From: a virus
Lineage: Duplodnaviria > Caudoviricetes
DNA: 64,000 nt
Virus record (IMG/VR): IMGVR_UViG_2974625740_000001
Span: 19,220 to 83,219 of that record
Strand: one strand, 5' to 3'
Shown here: one piece after another, positions 62,086 through 64,000 of the stretch
How positions within the stretch are numbered: position 1 is the stretch's first letter
How the letters are laid out: every line of letters starts with the position of its first letter
Made by a program: the position numbers and the translations under genes
Notes under the pieces: model-generated
What the model was told of the DNA's origin: nothing
What the model saw: only the letters and a program-made list of their open reading frames with translations
Databases searched by the model: none

Positions 62086-62412
62086 ATGGGTGGACACCCC
62101 GTCACACCGCGCGTTCTCGCGCTGCTCAACACGAAGTTCAACGGCAAGGCCGTCACGCTCGACCAGCTCGTCGCCGGAACGGGCCTCGACGGCAAGCAGA
62201 TCCAGTCGGCCATGTCGCGGCTGGTCGCCGACACCAACATCGAGTGCGTGGTCGTGAACCGGGGCCAGATGTGGAAGTACGGCGGACCGGCCAGCAACGA
62301 CGCCGAGATCAGCGACACGCTGTTCGAGGTCGTCGGCACGGCGGCCAAGGGCGGCGACACGATCGTCCGGGGCGACCACACCGGCAAGCTCTACAAGGTG
62401 GTGGCGCTGTGA
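62086..62412 (+). CDS. winged-helix-like DNA-binding protein
   Basis: VTLDQLVAGTGLDGKQIQSAMSRL...VNRGQMWKY. Confidence 0.6.
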   Translation: MGGHPVTPRVLALLNTKFNGKAVTLDQLVAGTGLDGKQIQSAMSRLVADTNIECVVVNRGQMWKYGGPASNDAEISDTLFEVVGTAAKGGDTIVRGDHTGKLYKVVAL

Positions 62413-62807
62413 AGGGCGAACCGATGGAGGCGCAGTTCTCTTGCGTCTACCGCACGCACGGGGGCGACCGCGAAATCCGGCTGACGGTCGGGTCCGAGGA
62501 CCTGGCCGCGTGGCAGCGCGGGGAAGGCCACATTCAGGACATCTTCCCGTACTTGACCCCGGCGGAGCGCGAGATGTTCCAGTCGGGCATCTGCGGGGAC
62601 TGCTGGAACGTGGTCTTCCCGCCCGAGGAGGAAGAGGAGCCGCCCACGGTCGACTGGTACGACCTGCCGACCTGGGTCAAGGGCAGCTACCGCACCAACG
62701 CCGAGATGGACACGCTCAAGTCGTACACCTGGCGCAAGACCGGTGAAGACGAGTTCCAGGCGTACGACCTGCAAGGCCGGTACGTGGGCCTATGGGCCCG
62801 CGAGTGA
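62409..62807 (+). CDS. hypothetical phage protein
   Basis: HIQDIFPYLTPAEREMFQSGICGDCW. Confidence 0.65.
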   Translation: MKGEPMEAQFSCVYRTHGGDREIRLTVGSEDLAAWQRGEGHIQDIFPYLTPAEREMFQSGICGDCWNVVFPPEEEEEPPTVDWYDLPTWVKGSYRTNAEMDTLKSYTWRKTGEDEFQAYDLQGRYVGLWARE

Positions 62808-62986
62808 GCTGGGAGGAACTGCCCCAGGAGGCCCGGGACGCCATCACGGAGCGCTTCCCGGGCCTCGCTGGTCCCTCGGGGGCGGGGGTGCTCTGGAAGG
62901 CCGCCGGAGACCCCACGACGAGCTTCACGGGCTTCGAGGGCGGAAGGTTGATCGCGGTCGTGTCAATCGTCAACCCGTTGCCGTAG
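62804..62986 (+). CDS. hypothetical protein
   Basis: GTGA overlap. Confidence 0.5.
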   Translation: MSWEELPQEARDAITERFPGLAGPSGAGVLWKAAGDPTTSFTGFEGGRLIAVVSIVNPLP

Positions 62987-63024
62987 GCGCACCGGGGGCA
63001 GTGGCGGCCAGCGCGCAATGGGGA

Positions 63025-63054
63025 TTGCGCCCGAGACAAAGGGTGTGTTTTACT
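63025..63054 (+). promoter_or_regulatory. dyad promoter, class I
   Basis: TTGCGC-N18-TTTACT, TTG-N9-CAA. Confidence 0.7.
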
Positions 63055-63084
63055 GGGAAGTGCTCCGAAGGGAGGTGATAGAGA

Positions 63085-63609
63085 GTGAGTAAGCTCTATG
63101 ACCTGGAGGCTGACGGCGGCTGGACGTCCCGTCAGGCTCAGGTGGCCGAACCGACCGAGCGGGAATGGCGCGAAAGCTACATGCCCCGCCGGTCGGCCCA
63201 GGTCGCCACGCGTCAAGGCCACACGGTCAACCCGGTCAACGGGCACGCGCTCGACTGCGCGTGCGTCAAGTGCCCGGGTTGGTACGAGGCCAGGGCGCGA
63301 ATGGCGGTGGCAGCGCAGGCGTACGCCGAGCCCACCGTGAAGCCCGTCGCACCTCGGCCCTTGACGGACCAGGTCGTGCCGGTGGCCATCCTGATGGTCG
63401 TCTTCACGTTGTGCGCGCTGGTTCTGCTGCCCGTGGTGATGCCGTTCGTCGCGATGGGTGTCGCGTTGACGGGGTTCATCGTTGTGTGCATGTGCATCCT
63501 CAGCGGACTCGGTCTGATCGGGTTCGGGATGGTGCGTCGTGCGGCTCGTGAGGCACAGGACGGCTCACGAGGCACGACCGTACGCGGCAAGGTGCTGCGA
63601 CGGCGCTAA
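63085..63609 (+). CDS. membrane protein with a Cys/His knuckle
   Basis: RBS GGAGG; H..C.C..C; 2 TM. Confidence 0.7.
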   Translation: MSKLYDLEADGGWTSRQAQVAEPTEREWRESYMPRRSAQVATRQGHTVNPVNGHALDCACVKCPGWYEARARMAVAAQAYAEPTVKPVAPRPLTDQVVPVAILMVVFTLCALVLLPVVMPFVAMGVALTGFIVVCMCILSGLGLIGFGMVRRAAREAQDGSRGTTVRGKVLRRR

Positions 63610-63629
63610 AATCCGGTGGCTTATTGGTA

Positions 63630-63659
63630 TTGACGAGCAGGCCGGGTACGAAGTAAAAT
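63630..63659 (+). promoter_or_regulatory. canonical sigma70/HrdB-type promoter without the dyad
   Basis: TTGACG-N18-TAAAAT. Confidence 0.55.
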
Positions 63660-63798
63660 CCTGATTAGATAGTTTCAGGATGTCAAGCGAGAGGGCCTCT
63701 GGTTCACGCGGCGGCGTTGCAACACGCCGAGGTGGACTGGGGGCCCTCTCGCTATGTCCGCTTGACTGAACCAACATTTAACCGCCCTTGGGGGTGTC

Positions 63799-64000
63799 GT
63801 GGAGCCGCTGCTGGTCAGCGCCGACGTAGCTGCTGTTTGGGCTGGACGCCCGATAGGCACCATTTACAGGTGGGCATCCGAAGGGCGGCAAGGCGTACAC
63901 CGGACGGACTCCGGCACGCTTTACGACCTCCGCGTGATTCCACCCAAGAACGACGATGGTCCCGGACAGCCGCCCCCGTTGAAGAAGACGGAGAACGCGG
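63799..64000 (+). CDS. MerR/excisionase-like HTH protein, 3'-truncated
   Basis: MEPLLVSADVAAVWAGRPIGTIYRWASEG...TLYDL; runs off the window. Confidence 0.65.
   Translation, partial: MEPLLVSADVAAVWAGRPIGTIYRWASEGRQGVHRTDSGTLYDLRVIPPKNDDGPGQPPPLKKTENA

Overview
The window is a very GC-rich siphovirus-like genome segment, most likely from a Streptomyces phage. No integrase or CRISPR array is visible. Order on the + strand: end of the tail module (1-4.1 kb); lysis cassette (4.2-6.4 kb); XRE regulator and small genes; recombination genes (RecB-like nuclease, Sak4-like ATPase, DUF669-like SSB) interrupted by tRNA-Glu, terD and a tRNA-like RNA; prim-pol/helicase followed by an iteron-rich origin (17.6-18.0 kb); DinG-like helicase; family A DNA polymerase; RuvC-like resolvase. 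Next comes a nucleotide-metabolism block that looks like a 2-aminoadenine (Z-genome) pathway: a PurZ0-type synthetase (GSEAKG, TMVD), a phage-encoded adenylosuccinate lyase, an NDT-dUTPase fusion and three MazG/Nmad1-like proteins, with no recognisable HD-type DatZ. At 46.6-52.7 kb sits a complete-looking Streptomyces plasmid/AICE-type conjugative DNA-transfer module (DUF2637/Spd-like, TraA-like, TraB FtsK-type translocase, DUF3307-like). From 37.5 to 63.6 kb there are many small genes, each with its own promoter, including a six-member CxC..PGHD paralog family and a second copy of the origin (60.6-61.0 kb). About 45 promoters share a TTG-N9-CAA dyad over the -35 element. All calls come from reading motifs by eye; no database searches were run.
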